64,000 nt of DNA, taken from IMG/VR virus record IMGVR_UViG_3300046804_003469, positions 151,028-215,027 of that record; one strand, 5' to 3'. The translations under genes were made by a program, and so were the position numbers. This document shows, in pieces, positions 57,049-64,000 of the stretch; the first letter of the stretch is position 1, and every line of letters begins with the position of its first letter. The notes beneath the pieces are model-generated. The model was not told where the DNA came from. It ran no database searches and was given only the letters and a program-made list of their open reading frames with translations.

Positions 57049-57110
57049 TTCAGCGGTAGAATGCTGGTTTTGGGAACCAGAGGTCACAGGTTCGATCCCT
57101 GTCGCCCCGA
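57039..57110 (+). tRNA. tRNA-Pro(UGG)
   Basis: CGGGGCG/CGCCCCG, CTGGT-TTTGGGA-ACCAG. Confidence 0.95.
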
Positions 57111-57126
57111 CTCATAAAATCACTTT

Positions 57127-57360
57127 ATGAAAATGAATCAAGAAATCGAAAAACTTCCATCCTTTACAATTGAAGAGTTTCAGGCAGACTTTGACAATCT
57201 TATGGAAAGAGTAGAAAACGGAGAAACACTACTCATTAAAAGTCAACATGGTAATGCATTAATGGTTCCTTACAAAGAAGTGGTTAGTATATGTAACGAA
57301 GCAACTATAGATTTTGATGAAATAGTTAAAATCCATACAGACCACGAAGAAGGTTCTTGA
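57127..57360 (+). CDS. Phd/YefM antitoxin-like protein
   Basis: FTIEEFQADFDNLMERVENGETLLIK...ALMVPY pattern. Confidence 0.6.
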   Translation: MKMNQEIEKLPSFTIEEFQADFDNLMERVENGETLLIKSQHGNALMVPYKEVVSICNEATIDFDEIVKIHTDHEEGS

Positions 57361-57399
57361 CGAAGCGTTCCAGATCCGCTACTATAGATCTGGTCTTAA

Positions 57400-57471
57400 G
57401 GGACTGTCGCCTATTGGTTAAGGCCCACTGCTTATAACGGTGTGAAGAGAGTTCAATTCTCTCCAGTCCTA
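57400..57471 (+). tRNA. tRNA-Ile(UAU)
   Basis: GGGACTG/CAGTCCT, CACTG-CTTATAA-CGGTG, GAGAG-TTCAATT-CTCTC. Confidence 0.85.
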
Positions 57472-57603
57472 TTGGTAGTCCTTAGCGATTAACTAAGTAG
57501 ACGCCAACTTCTACTACGGGTATCTTCCGTAGCGTCGTATGGGGATGGTTTGGCAGGGTCTTAAGGACTTTGCCTTCTGGGTGAAGTCCGATCATCCCCA
57601 CCT
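57472..57603 (+). ncRNA. Candidate structured RNA(s) between tRNA-Ile and tRNA(CAU)
   Basis: Three GC-rich folded domains, last a 3-way junction closed by TGGGGATGGTT/GATCATCCCCA. Confidence 0.5.
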
Positions 57604-57676
57604 GCTCCTTTAGCTATCTGGTGAAAGCAATCGACTCATAATCGATCTCAGGTGGGTTCGATCCCCTCAAGGAGCA
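57604..57676 (+). tRNA. tRNA with CAU anticodon (elongator Met or Ile2)
   Basis: GCTCCTT/AAGGAGC, ATCGA-CTCATAA-TCGAT; G1:C72 and no GGG/CCC anticodon stem, so not initiator. Confidence 0.88.
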
Positions 57677-57677
57677 C

Positions 57678-57707
57678 TTGACAGAAACCCTGTCAAACCT
57701 GTATAAT
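57678..57707 (+). promoter_or_regulatory. Sigma70 promoter with inverted repeat over -35
   Basis: TTGACAG-AAACC-CTGTCAA; TTGACA-18 nt-TATAAT. Confidence 0.65.
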
Positions 57708-57729
57708 ACATAGGTCAACAATCAAAACA

Positions 57730-57945
57730 ATGACTCTTACAGCAAAATTCAAGAAAGACATCCAAACCCTTCGTGGTGCAGCAAACGGCGAATTCTATCT
57801 CGACGTAAAGAATCCGAAACTTTACAAAAAAGTTCGTCGTTACTATGAAAACGAAGGTGTAGTATTCTCTGGTGATCCTATGGATGATTATGAGATGCTT
57901 ATGGAATATGTCTACAACGATCTTGAAACTGCGGACGTTGCATGA
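57730..57945 (+). CDS. Conserved cyanophage hypothetical
   Basis: KFKKDIQTLRGAANGEFYLDVKNPKLYKKVRRYYENEG. Confidence 0.8.
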   Translation: MTLTAKFKKDIQTLRGAANGEFYLDVKNPKLYKKVRRYYENEGVVFSGDPMDDYEMLMEYVYNDLETADVA

Positions 57946-57996
57946 GTAAATAGTCACGGATGGACTTAAACAGCACTGGTCGGGAGCAAACCCCTA

Positions 57997-58224
57997 ATGT
58001 CAAAGACAAGTATCTTAAGATATCTTGGCAATCTTCTCCTCATTATTGGTTATCAAACTATGTTATGGGGAGATTTTAAATATGGTTTGATGATTAAATG
58101 TGTTGGAGGTTTACTCACAGTACCTTTTGCAATCAAACTTAAACTTTGGGATGTATTATTCCTATGTGCTTTCTTTGGTATTTCCGAGATATCGAAGGTT
58201 GTACAACTTTTCTCAGTTAGTTAA
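57997..58224 (+). CDS. Small multi-TM protein nested in structured RNA region
   Basis: 75 aa, three hydrophobic segments. Confidence 0.7.
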   Translation: MSKTSILRYLGNLLLIIGYQTMLWGDFKYGLMIKCVGGLLTVPFAIKLKLWDVLFLCAFFGISEISKVVQLFSVS

Positions 58225-58351
58225 AACTGAGTGGTGGAGTCAAATGACCCATTTGGTTTCTTGCCTTTCCATTAAAAGGCAAGTGGTGCGGATGGGATAA
58301 CTCCCGCCTGGTTTCTTGTTTCCAGTCAAAGAACAAGTGGCGAGCCTGAGC
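58205..58351 (+). ncRNA. manA/wcaG-like cis-regulatory RNA (three tandem pseudoknot-TGGYG modules)
   Basis: Repeated stem + TGGYG units; UGGYG repeats and position upstream of sugar-nucleotide genes match my recollection of the cyanophage wcaG/manA motifs. Confidence 0.75.
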
Positions 58352-58358
58352 ATTTTTT

Positions 58359-58394
58359 AAGTGGGTTGCATAAACCCACTTTTTTTATTATAAT
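58359..58394 (+). terminator. Terminator hairpin with embedded sigma70 promoter
   Basis: AAGTGGGTT-GCATA-AACCCACTT + T run; TTGCAT-17 nt-TATAAT. Confidence 0.75.
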
Positions 58395-58423
58395 ATATAC
58401 TCTAGTCGATATTACAATAAACA

Positions 58424-58630
58424 ATGACTGAACAACAACTTCATTTACAACAATTAATTAAACAGCAAAGTGAAATTGCTCAAGAGATTCAAAGTTTAAA
58501 TACTTTACTTCTTTCGAAAAGGGAAATTCTTTTGAAGGTACAAGGAGCAATTGAATATCTTCAGCAAACTGGTGTAACTCTTCCTGAAGCAACAGAAGAA
58601 GTTGAAACTAGTCAAGAAGTAGAATCGTAA
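58424..58630 (+). CDS. Small coiled-coil protein
   Basis: LKVQGAIEYLQQ motif, 68 aa. Confidence 0.7.
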   Translation: MTEQQLHLQQLIKQQSEIAQEIQSLNTLLLSKREILLKVQGAIEYLQQTGVTLPEATEEVETSQEVES

Positions 58631-58648
58631 TATTCTTATAACTTTGTT

Positions 58649-59518
58649 ATGTATAAAGGTATTATTCTTGCTGGAGGGCAAGGGACAAGACTTTATCCTT
58701 CATCATTAGTTGTTTCTAAACAGTTGATGAATGTTTATGATAAACCTTTAATTTATTATCCAATAAGCACATTGATGATTGCTGGAATTAGAGAAATATT
58801 GATCATTACAAATTCATATGATTTGGATCAATATCAAAAACTTCTTGGAGATGGATCTCAATGGGGAATTTCTCTATCTTACCAAACTCAAGATAAACCC
58901 AATGGTATATGTGAAGCATTTATCATTGGGGAAAATTTTATAGGTGATGATAATGTATGTTTAATATTGGGTGATAACATTCTTTATGGGAATAATTTAG
59001 AATCGATATTGAAAGAATGTCAAAGAAAAAATGGGTCAACTATTCTTTCTTACCCAGTTAAAGATCCAGAAAGATTTGGTATAGTTGAATTTGAAGGAAA
59101 CACGGTTTATTCTATTGAAGAAAAACCAACCAATCCAAAATCAAATTCTGCAATTATCGGAATGTATTTTTTTGATAATAATGTGATTAATTATGCAAAG
59201 GAAGTGGTTCCTTCTCCAAGAGGAGAATTGGAAATAACTGATTTATTGGAAAAATATTTGCAACAAAAAAGTCTTAAAGTTAAGACTCTTCTTAGAGGAA
59301 TTACTTGGATTGATGCTGGAACATTTGATTCATTATTATTAGCATCAAATTTTATTTCAACTGTGGAAAAAATTCAATCATATAAAATTTCTTGTCCAGA
59401 AGAGATAGCATTTAGGAATAAATGGATTGATACAAATCAATTTAAATCTCTTGCAGAATCACTAATTAAAAGTGATTATGGGAAATATCTTTACACAATA
59501 TATCAACAAAATGTATGA
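58649..59518 (+). CDS. rfbA: Glucose-1-phosphate thymidylyltransferase
   Basis: GIILAGGQGTRLYP, SKQLMNVYDKP, LILGDN, RGELEITD, WIDAGT. Confidence 0.96.
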   Translation: MYKGIILAGGQGTRLYPSSLVVSKQLMNVYDKPLIYYPISTLMIAGIREILIITNSYDLDQYQKLLGDGSQWGISLSYQTQDKPNGICEAFIIGENFIGDDNVCLILGDNILYGNNLESILKECQRKNGSTILSYPVKDPERFGIVEFEGNTVYSIEEKPTNPKSNSAIIGMYFFDNNVINYAKEVVPSPRGELEITDLLEKYLQQKSLKVKTLLRGITWIDAGTFDSLLLASNFISTVEKIQSYKISCPEEIAFRNKWIDTNQFKSLAESLIKSDYGKYLYTIYQQNV

Positions 59519-60438
59519 CTATTTTAGTTACTGGAGGGGCAGGATTTATCGGAAGTAATTTTCTTCATCACTTAGTTTCTAATATGAATGAAGAAGTTAT
59601 TTGTATTGATAAATTAACTTATGCTTCTGATTGGAATAATATTCCAGATCCTGTTAAATTTTATACAACTGATATTGCTGATGAGCATAATTGTGAATAT
59701 GTTTTTAAGAAACATAAACCATCAACTGTGTTTCATTTTGCAGCAGAAACACATGTTGACAATTCAATTAAAGATTGTTCACAGTTTATACATACCAACA
59801 TTATTGGAACAGTTAATTTATTAAATCTTTCAGTAAAATATAACGTAGAGAAATTCATACATATTTCTACTGATGAAGTTTATGGATCTATTGATAAAGA
59901 TTATTTTACTGAGCAATCAAATTATAATCCTAAAAATCCTTATTCAGCATCTAAAGCATCTAGTGAGCATTTTGTAAATGCATTTAATAATACTTATGGA
60001 TTGCCAACAATTATTACAAACTGCTCTAATAATTATGGACCAAGACAACATACGGAAAAATTAATACCTCAAACAATAACAAACTTATTGTCTGGAAAAA
60101 AGGTTCCTGTATATGGTGATGGAAAACAAATAAGAGATTGGTTATACGTTCAAGATCATTGTGAAGCATTATTTGAAATTTTTCTCAACGGAAAAGTAGG
60201 AGAAAAATACAATATTGGTGGTGAATGTGAAATTAAAAATATAGATTTAATACGAATGATTCTTGATCGTATGAATATGAAGGAAAATATGATAGAATAT
60301 ATTGAAGATAGACCTGGACATGATCGTAGATATTCTACAGACATTACAAAAATCCGTCATGAATTAAAATGGTTTCCAAGATTTAACTTGGATGATGGAT
60401 TAGATAAAACAATTGCTTGGTACTCAAAACAACATTAA
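59515..60438 (+). CDS. rfbB: dTDP-glucose 4,6-dehydratase
   Basis: TGGAGFIG, AAETHVD, STDEVYG, YSASK, NCSNNYGP, DRPGHDRRY. Confidence 0.96.
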   Translation: MTILVTGGAGFIGSNFLHHLVSNMNEEVICIDKLTYASDWNNIPDPVKFYTTDIADEHNCEYVFKKHKPSTVFHFAAETHVDNSIKDCSQFIHTNIIGTVNLLNLSVKYNVEKFIHISTDEVYGSIDKDYFTEQSNYNPKNPYSASKASSEHFVNAFNNTYGLPTIITNCSNNYGPRQHTEKLIPQTITNLLSGKKVPVYGDGKQIRDWLYVQDHCEALFEIFLNGKVGEKYNIGGECEIKNIDLIRMILDRMNMKENMIEYIEDRPGHDRRYSTDITKIRHELKWFPRFNLDDGLDKTIAWYSKQH

Positions 60439-60448
60439 TTTTTCAATT

Positions 60449-62386
60449 ATGACTGATTTAAATTCTTCTTACATTGTATACAAACCTTGGGGTAAAGAGG
60501 TATGGTTAGAACTTAATGATAAGTATTGTTATAAAAGACTTTATATTAATTCTGGAACAAAAACTAGTTTTCAATATCATGAAAAAAAGTTAGAAACTAA
60601 TTTTATTATTGAAGGAACCGCCGAAGTTTGGTTGGAAAATGATGAAGGTGTTGTTGAGAAAAAAATAATGCACTCTGGTGAGTTTTTTACAGTTCAACCA
60701 CCAAGAAAACATAGAGTCATTGCAATTACAGACCTTATATTGCAGGAAGTATCTACTCCAGAAGTTGATGATGTGATTAGAATTTCAGATGATGCTTCTC
60801 GGGGTAATGGAAAAATTGAACATGAACATTTTAAACCAGCATTATGCATCTTGACTGCTGGAGTTGGAAAGAGGTTAGAAGATCTGTCGCAACATATTAA
60901 TAAGTGTTTATTACCTTTAGATAACAAAGCAATCATATCTCATATTATTGATAAGACTCCAAAAGAATATGAGATTGTTGTTGCTCTTGGATATAAAGGA
61001 GATATGGTTCAAGAGTATTGTGAAGCAGCACATCCAGATAGAACATTCAAATTTGTAAAGGTTGATAAGTATGTGGGTGAAGGATCTGGCCCTGCTTATT
61101 CAATTAGTAAGTGTAAAGAGCATTTACAGAGACCTTTTATATGGGTTACTGGAGATACAATTGTTACTAATGATCTTCCTCCCGTAAATGAAAACTGGTT
61201 AGGAATTTATCCAACAAGTATTCCTCAACTTTATTCTACTGTTAATATTGATAGTAATATCGACAGTGATACTGTTATTGGGTTTAAAAATAAAGATGAA
61301 AATGGATACGATTATGCATTTATTGGACTATCTGGTGTTTATGAATTTGAAAAATTCTGGGAACAACTTGATGTTGAAAGTGGTGAAATAGTTAGTGCAT
61401 ATTATGATATCAATCAATATTCTTCAATTAAAGCTAAAAAGTTTGATTGGTATGATGTAGGAACAATTGATAATTATTTGAGATCTCAAAAATTATTTGA
61501 AGATTCTAAACAGTATAGTATTCCTAAAACAAATGGAGAGTTTTTATATAAGTTAGAGAATCGTTTTATAAAATTATCTTCAGATGATAGTTTTATTAGT
61601 GGAAGAATAAAAAGGTCTGATGATTTGGATTCTTTAGTACCAAAATTAAATTACAAAGGAACACATTTATATTCTTATGAATGGGTTGATGGAGACACTC
61701 TTTATGATTGTAATAATACGAATGTTTGGAAAAGGTTTTTAGAATTTTCTAATCAAAAATTATGGGAAAGAGTGGATACTGATAGTACGTTTAATCAAAC
61801 GTGTAAAAAGTTTTACTATGATAAGTCTATTGATAGATTAAAATTGTTTTTAGATAGAAGAGATTCTTCATTTGCTGGAAACCATATTGTAAATGGTTTA
61901 CCAACAAAATCAATTTATGAGTTGTTAGAAAAATTTAATTGGGAAACTTTATATACTGGAATTCCAACAAAAATTTTCCACGGAGATCTTCAATTTGATA
62001 ATGTTGTTTATGGAAAAGATAACAAGTTTTATCTTTTAGATTGGAGACAAGATTTTGCTGGTAATAATATTGGTGATGTATACTATGATCTTTCCAAAAT
62101 GTATGGTGGCATATTGATGTCTTACAAATTAATGAAAGATGATAATAATTTTTCATGTTTCATTGACAACGAAATTGTAAATTATCAGTATACTACAAGT
62201 AATGAACTTGAAGAGTTTAAATATATTTACGAAGACTGGGTGATTAACAGTTGCTATGATTTGAATAAAGTAAAATCAATAACCTCTTTAATCTTTTTAA
62301 ATATGGCTGCTTTGCATGAAGAAGTGTTTGGAAATCTTTTATTCTTTAAATCCAAACAAATGTTGCAAGAACTAAATGATAAATAA
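60449..62386 (+). CDS. Tri-domain protein: cupin (type II M6P isomerase-like) + nucleotidyltransferase + choline/aminoglycoside-kinase-like domain
   Basis: KPWG...SFQYHEKKLET...H...EVSTPEVDDVIR; TAGVGKRL...NKCLLP...WYDVGT; HGDLQFDN...LLDWR...YYDLSK. Confidence 0.85.
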   Translation: MTDLNSSYIVYKPWGKEVWLELNDKYCYKRLYINSGTKTSFQYHEKKLETNFIIEGTAEVWLENDEGVVEKKIMHSGEFFTVQPPRKHRVIAITDLILQEVSTPEVDDVIRISDDASRGNGKIEHEHFKPALCILTAGVGKRLEDLSQHINKCLLPLDNKAIISHIIDKTPKEYEIVVALGYKGDMVQEYCEAAHPDRTFKFVKVDKYVGEGSGPAYSISKCKEHLQRPFIWVTGDTIVTNDLPPVNENWLGIYPTSIPQLYSTVNIDSNIDSDTVIGFKNKDENGYDYAFIGLSGVYEFEKFWEQLDVESGEIVSAYYDINQYSSIKAKKFDWYDVGTIDNYLRSQKLFEDSKQYSIPKTNGEFLYKLENRFIKLSSDDSFISGRIKRSDDLDSLVPKLNYKGTHLYSYEWVDGDTLYDCNNTNVWKRFLEFSNQKLWERVDTDSTFNQTCKKFYYDKSIDRLKLFLDRRDSSFAGNHIVNGLPTKSIYELLEKFNWETLYTGIPTKIFHGDLQFDNVVYGKDNKFYLLDWRQDFAGNNIGDVYYDLSKMYGGILMSYKLMKDDNNFSCFIDNEIVNYQYTTSNELEEFKYIYEDWVINSCYDLNKVKSITSLIFLNMAALHEEVFGNLLFFKSKQMLQELNDK

Positions 62387-63008
62387 GGACACAAAAATAT
62401 ATTGCTCATTTTCTTCAAATCCAGGAAACAATGGATGTATATTTTTTAATAATGCTTTTACTGAAAAAAATATAAATGCCATTTATAAGTCCTTTCACTC
62501 TAATGACATTCAAAAATCAATAGATGCGGTTAGGACTTTGAATATTTCTGGATTTGCAATTAGTATGCCATTTAAAGTAGAATGTTTGCGATATTTGGAT
62601 CAAATTACTGATGAGGTAAATGAAATAGGAGCATGTAACACGGTTATAAATGAAAATGGTAATCTTATTGGATATAATACTGATTACTTTGGAGTTAAAA
62701 CTTACATTGAACAATTAAACCTTAATATTAATTTTCTTTATATACTTGGTAATGGTGGGTTTAGTAAATCAATACAGTATGCATGTAAGTTATTAAATTT
62801 AAAATATGAAGTAATTGATAGGAAAAATTGGGATAAGATAAAACACTTAAAAAATCAATGGTTATTTAATGCAACTCCTATTGATATTGATACTGAAAAT
62901 AAAATAATAGATGGAAGACCATTTACTCAAGAAGGAAAACAGATAGCACTAAATCAAGCTATAAGACAATTTAAACTGTACACTGGAATTGATTATGAAA
63001 TCAGATAG
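62376..63008 (+). CDS. Shikimate-dehydrogenase-like protein (SdhL subfamily-like)
   Basis: SMPFK, NTV, NTDY, GNGG, NATP; MINKDT...PGNNG N-terminus in place of AroE SxSP. Confidence 0.85.
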   Translation: MINKDTKIYCSFSSNPGNNGCIFFNNAFTEKNINAIYKSFHSNDIQKSIDAVRTLNISGFAISMPFKVECLRYLDQITDEVNEIGACNTVINENGNLIGYNTDYFGVKTYIEQLNLNINFLYILGNGGFSKSIQYACKLLNLKYEVIDRKNWDKIKHLKNQWLFNATPIDIDTENKIIDGRPFTQEGKQIALNQAIRQFKLYTGIDYEIR

Positions 63009-64000
63009 ACCTTTAAATGAAATAAAATTTTTCATTGGTCCAATGAGTAAAAATGTTGTGGATTCTGTGATAGAGTTTTCGAACAAATATGGAAACAAGA
63101 TAGGATTCATACCATCAAGAAGACAACTTGATTACTCTGGAGGTTATGTTAATAACTGGTGTACAGAAAATTTTTGCAATTACGTCAGAAAAAATAATTC
63201 AAATATTCTTATATGTAGAGATCATGGTGGAGAAAATCAAGGGCAAAAAATTGATGATGGAATGCAATCATTTATTGTAGATTGTCAACATTTAGATTTA
63301 ATTCATGTAGATCCTTTTAGAGTATCTGAAGATATAAAACAAGCAGCGGAGAAAACAAAAACTATAATACAAAAATTATTTAAAATTAATCCAACTGTAA
63401 TGTATGAAGTTGGAACTGAAGAGGCAATATTTAAATACAGTCCTGAAGATTTGAAATGGTTTCTTGATTATTTGAAAAATGGTTTAACGATTAATCAATT
63501 CAATCAAATTAAATATGCAGTTGTTCAATCTGGAACTGGATTGAATCTTTCTACCAGAACTAACACGGGTAAGTTTAATAAAACTAAATTAAAGAGTTTT
63601 ATTGATGTTGTTAAAAAATTTAATTTGATGAGTAAAGAACATAATGGTGATTACTTAATTGATTCTTTTGATATTGAAACTAGATTTGAATTGGGATTAG
63701 ATGCAATTAATATTGCTCCAGAATTTGGACAAATAGAATCTGAATATTATTTGGAAGCATGTAAAAAAGACAAAACTTTGTTTGACACGTTATATAAAAT
63801 ATGTTACAATTCTGGGAAATGGAAAAAATGGATACGTGATATTGAAATAATAAGAAAAGATCAATTGATCATGACATGTTGCCATTATGTTTTATCTGAT
63901 AAAGAGTTCTTAGAAAATATAAAATCTAAATTTCCAGAATCAGACAAAATGATATGTGAAAAAATAAACACAAAATTAAGATTTCTATATGAACAAACAA
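62995..64000 (+). CDS. GatZ/KbaZ-like (tagatose-6-P epimerase/aldolase-associated) TIM-barrel protein, runs off window end
   Basis: Not in ORF track; open frame with SRRQLD..GGY, RDHGG, IHVDP, YEVGTEE, VVQSG, KEHNGDY, NIAPEFG. Confidence 0.8.
   Translation, partial: MKSDRPLNEIKFFIGPMSKNVVDSVIEFSNKYGNKIGFIPSRRQLDYSGGYVNNWCTENFCNYVRKNNSNILICRDHGGENQGQKIDDGMQSFIVDCQHLDLIHVDPFRVSEDIKQAAEKTKTIIQKLFKINPTVMYEVGTEEAIFKYSPEDLKWFLDYLKNGLTINQFNQIKYAVVQSGTGLNLSTRTNTGKFNKTKLKSFIDVVKKFNLMSKEHNGDYLIDSFDIETRFELGLDAINIAPEFGQIESEYYLEACKKDKTLFDTLYKICYNSGKWKKWIRDIEIIRKDQLIMTCCHYVLSDKEFLENIKSKFPESDKMICEKINTKLRFLYEQT

Noticed and set aside
57472-57603. Hammerhead or tRNA-associated HDV-like (theta) ribozyme
   Set aside because: No CUGAnGA/GAAA core or nested double pseudoknot could be identified by eye; kept only as a generic structured RNA.
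58205-58351. CRISPR-like mini-array
   Set aside because: Repeats are degenerate and covary structurally, spacers are short hairpins, and no cas genes are present.
62376-63008. Shikimate-pathway AMG (aroE)
   Set aside because: Lacks the AroE SxSP substrate motif and other aro genes; context is sugar metabolism.

Overview
64 kb of an AT-rich T4-like myovirus genome with the gene order and auxiliary genes of a cyanophage (Kyanoviridae-type; a freshwater Synechococcus/Cyanobium-like host is inferred, not shown). Almost everything is on the + strand. Order: head/tail morphogenesis core (gp17, 18, 19, 20, 21, 22, 23, gp3); recombination and late transcription (uvsY, uvsW, gp55, gp47, gp46); a vWA/peptidase + CobS-type AAA pair; an HNH; the replisome (gp45, 44, 62, regA, hsp20, gp43, uvsX, gp41, mazG); putative capsid-internal proteins; primase; nrdAB; a lysozyme-like gene; nine tRNAs (one isolated, eight in a cluster interleaved with Dps, a second HNH and a talC-PTOX-zwf-gnd block); and the start of a sugar-nucleotide island (rfbA, rfbB, cupin-NTP transferase-kinase fusion, SdhL-like dehydrogenase, GatZ/KbaZ-like enzyme). 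I saw no CRISPR array, intron, intein or recoding. Best leads: (1) three tandem, covarying pseudoknot modules (manA/wcaG-like RNA) with an ORF nested inside, upstream of the sugar island; (2) an HNH cassette that appears to have destroyed one tRNA gene and supplied a replacement tRNA-Asn; (3) an unannotated NdhQ-like membrane peptide coupled to talC-PTOX-zwf-gnd; (4) an SdhL + GatZ-like + tri-domain sugar pathway; (5) a DUF4338/DruA-like gene paired with an HNH-like gene between gp44 and gp62; (6) a family of internal proteins with T4-type capsid-targeting signals; (7) a fixed-spacing promoter motif and several structured RNAs between tRNAs. All family calls are from motif recognition by eye; no searches were run.
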